Program-made: the position numbers and the translations under genes
Assembly: GCA_012295275.1 (NCBI GenBank)
Contig: CM022671.1
Location: forward strand, 29,822,001 to 29,886,000
Source of the DNA: Chrysomallon squamiferum
Taxonomy: Eukaryota > Animalia > Mollusca
Reading direction: 5' to 3'
DNA: 64,000 nucleotides
Notes under the pieces: model-generated
What the model was told of the DNA's origin: nothing
What the model saw: only the letters and a program-made list of their open reading frames with translations
The model's database searches: none
In this document: positions 61,606 through 64,000 of the stretch, piece by piece
Layout: every line of letters starts with the position of its first letter
Numbering within the stretch: position 1 is the stretch's first letter

Positions 61606-64000
61606 AAACTTCTTTTCTTTTTCTTTCTATTTTTTTTTTTTTGTAAAAGGATATTTACAAACTTACATACATTCTGTTTTATATTTAATAGTTTGCCATT
61701 TCTGTGGTTGTTGAGATATAAATTACATTTTTTATACAACACATTTAAAATAAATAAGTGTTTTTATATAAATATTTTATAAACACAAATTGAACAACAA
61801 ACTGTTTATGTCATGTGCTGAAATCAAACAGGTTCCTCACAATATGAAATAACTTAATTTTACTGGGTTTTCTTTAACAATGTATCTATCAACAGAGACT
61901 TACAAACATAGATTTTCAACAACATCAACAAAAAATAAATAAAATAAAATAAAAAGTTGATCCATTTATCCCAACTGTTAACAATACCTTACATAATAAC
62001 GCTTTACATTTTAAACATTATATTACATACAAACAATCCTTAAAATATTGTAATTTAGCTTTTAACATTTCCAAAATAGCATATTTAAGGTTTTTAAAAT
62101 GGTATGGCAAGACAAGAAGCTGAGTATCACAGTTTTACAGAATGCTATATAAATATTATGCAAAAACATTGTATGTAAACACAAACAAACCACACACCAA
62201 ACTCCATGTTTTTAGTTGTCATCTCAAAACTTTTAACATTCATTAATAATCAGTTTTGGAAATAAATTATAACTGTCATTATTTTTTTTTTATGATAAAA
62301 TTTAAAGAATATTTAACAATTTATATCTACTAAAGGTGAATATTTACATTTATTTATTTAATACAGGTGACTTAGCATAAAATAGTAAAAAATAGAGTAT
62401 CTCCCATGATATCACCTGGTACTGTCAGATTTCTTCCTGTTATGAAACCTATTTATTCTAGTGACACAGATGAATTTTATTTAACAAGACTCCAAACATT
62501 TTTAACCTGGTTGTTATGCAACATAAATAACACAATGAATTAAACCTTTTTCTGCAACTTGAATATAGCATTTTTTTTTATCAGCCAGTTTTTTTTTTTT
62601 TTATATACATTTACCATAAAGAAAAAAAGAAAAGAAAAAAGAAACAAAACCCAAGAACTAGAAAAAGACCATATACCATAACCTTTGATAAATTAACCAC
62701 TTGATGGGTACTATGAATGATGAGGAAAAAGCCCTTTACTTGAAATTAATGTAAATGTTTTATTAAATAATAAAATGTGTTTAGGTATTAGTTTTTTTTC
62801 TTTGAAAAATGTGATTCCTTTTCATAGTTTAATAAATTACTGATTGGTTTAAACCAGCATGAGTTTTGGTTTTCTCACAGTAAACAAGTCAATTCTCATT
62901 TCTTTTTTTTTGCCATTGGCAGATACATCTTAATTTATTTTCAGTTTTTGCAAAATTAATTCATAAGTATTTTAATGTTAAATAAACCCCCCAAATTTAA
63001 ACAAGAATATATAATTAAGAAGCAATTACATGTACAAAACAGTAAATAAATATTATGAGAATAATTATTGTGTATTTACAAGTCTTGATTTCTTGATTAT
63101 TATTATGACAAAGTCATAATTATATACAATCCAGTATTTTACAATATAAATTAAAAGATAAAGGGTTTTCTATAATGTCATCAATTTTGTGTAATAGCTA
63201 ATACTTGAAAGCTCAAAACGAGGAAAGACATTAATATAATTAAATATTTTCATATGTTTATAAATAAAAAAGTTAAAATAACATTCAACATAAATTGTGC
63301 TTTTAAAAAATAAATAAGTACTGAATCTACGTTTACATTACTTTACTGATTGTCAGTATAGTTACTATATAAAATGAAATATTAACAAAGTATTTACAGT
63401 TTTTTCATAACCAAGGAAATTTCTACTTTTATGATCTATTATGTTATTGATTCCAAAGAAACAGATTTTCTTTTTAAAAAAACAGAACTTGTTTTAATAT
63501 GCTACCTGTATATTAAATTATTTCCCCCTTTTTCCACTAACAGAGACATGCACATATTGCCCTATAAAAGCAAGATGTCCAGCTATGAAACCATATTCAT
63601 TTAATCAATTTAATATTCAGAATAATATCTCTAAACCAACTGCTGTACGTTATAATTTTTTTTTTCTCATCCTCACTGAAAATAATTTAATACAGAACTA
63701 CTACAAGTAATTTTCCAGACAGAGTTGTGAAGATTACAGCACAACAGAACAAGTGCTAATTAACTAAATGTCTTTTTATCTAACTTAACTTTAAAAGACT
63801 TCTTAATTACCTGAACAAAGGCCTAATGTAACTATATTTTAAAGATATGTTAATTAAAATTCTAATCATTTATTAAACAAAAATCCCTTTAGGTTTCCAA
63901 CGATATATATATTAACAATCTTTGACAAAAGATGTCTAATTTAGCAAAACAAAAATAAATAAAAGTCAAGAATAAAGATAATTATTTGTAAATATAACAA

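Noticed and set aside
56700-64000. Coding gene or structured RNA in the last 7 kb
   Set aside because: No credible exon chain or RNA motif found. It could be a long UTR or intron of a gene outside the window, but that cannot be supported from sequence.

Overview
AT-rich, microsatellite-dense, intron-rich animal DNA; a mollusc or other lophotrochozoan is likely but this is inference only. Left to right it holds: (1) the last seven coding exons of a GLT1D1-like glycosyltransferase (+, 572-5390); (2) a homogeneous tandem array of ten ~1 kb units, each with a tRNA-Lys(CTT) gene (-, 9.7-19.1 kb); (3) two directly duplicated clan-2, CYP17-like cytochrome P450 genes, each with 11 coding exons (A 21318-28858 and B 35587-41953, +), separated by four more tRNA-Lys genes; (4) a 15th tRNA-Lys and a third, inverted paralogue (C, 45817-51268, -); (5) a three-exon QPRT gene (-) with a single +1 frameshift; (6) about 7 kb of non-coding DNA. 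Tigger-like MITEs, a hAT MITE, a Tc1/mariner relic and a Gypsy integrase relic are scattered through it. The most unusual signals are: an antisense copy of exon 8, including both splice sites, inside intron 5 of CYP A and B, giving a potential intragenic RNA duplex; amplification of a non-canonical tRNA-Lys (U4:G69, U73) in 13 of 15 copies; tRNA loci at the duplication boundaries; patchy gene conversion that spares predicted substrate-recognition regions; and a GT/GC splice-donor switch among paralogues. Exon models, alignments and counts were done by eye.
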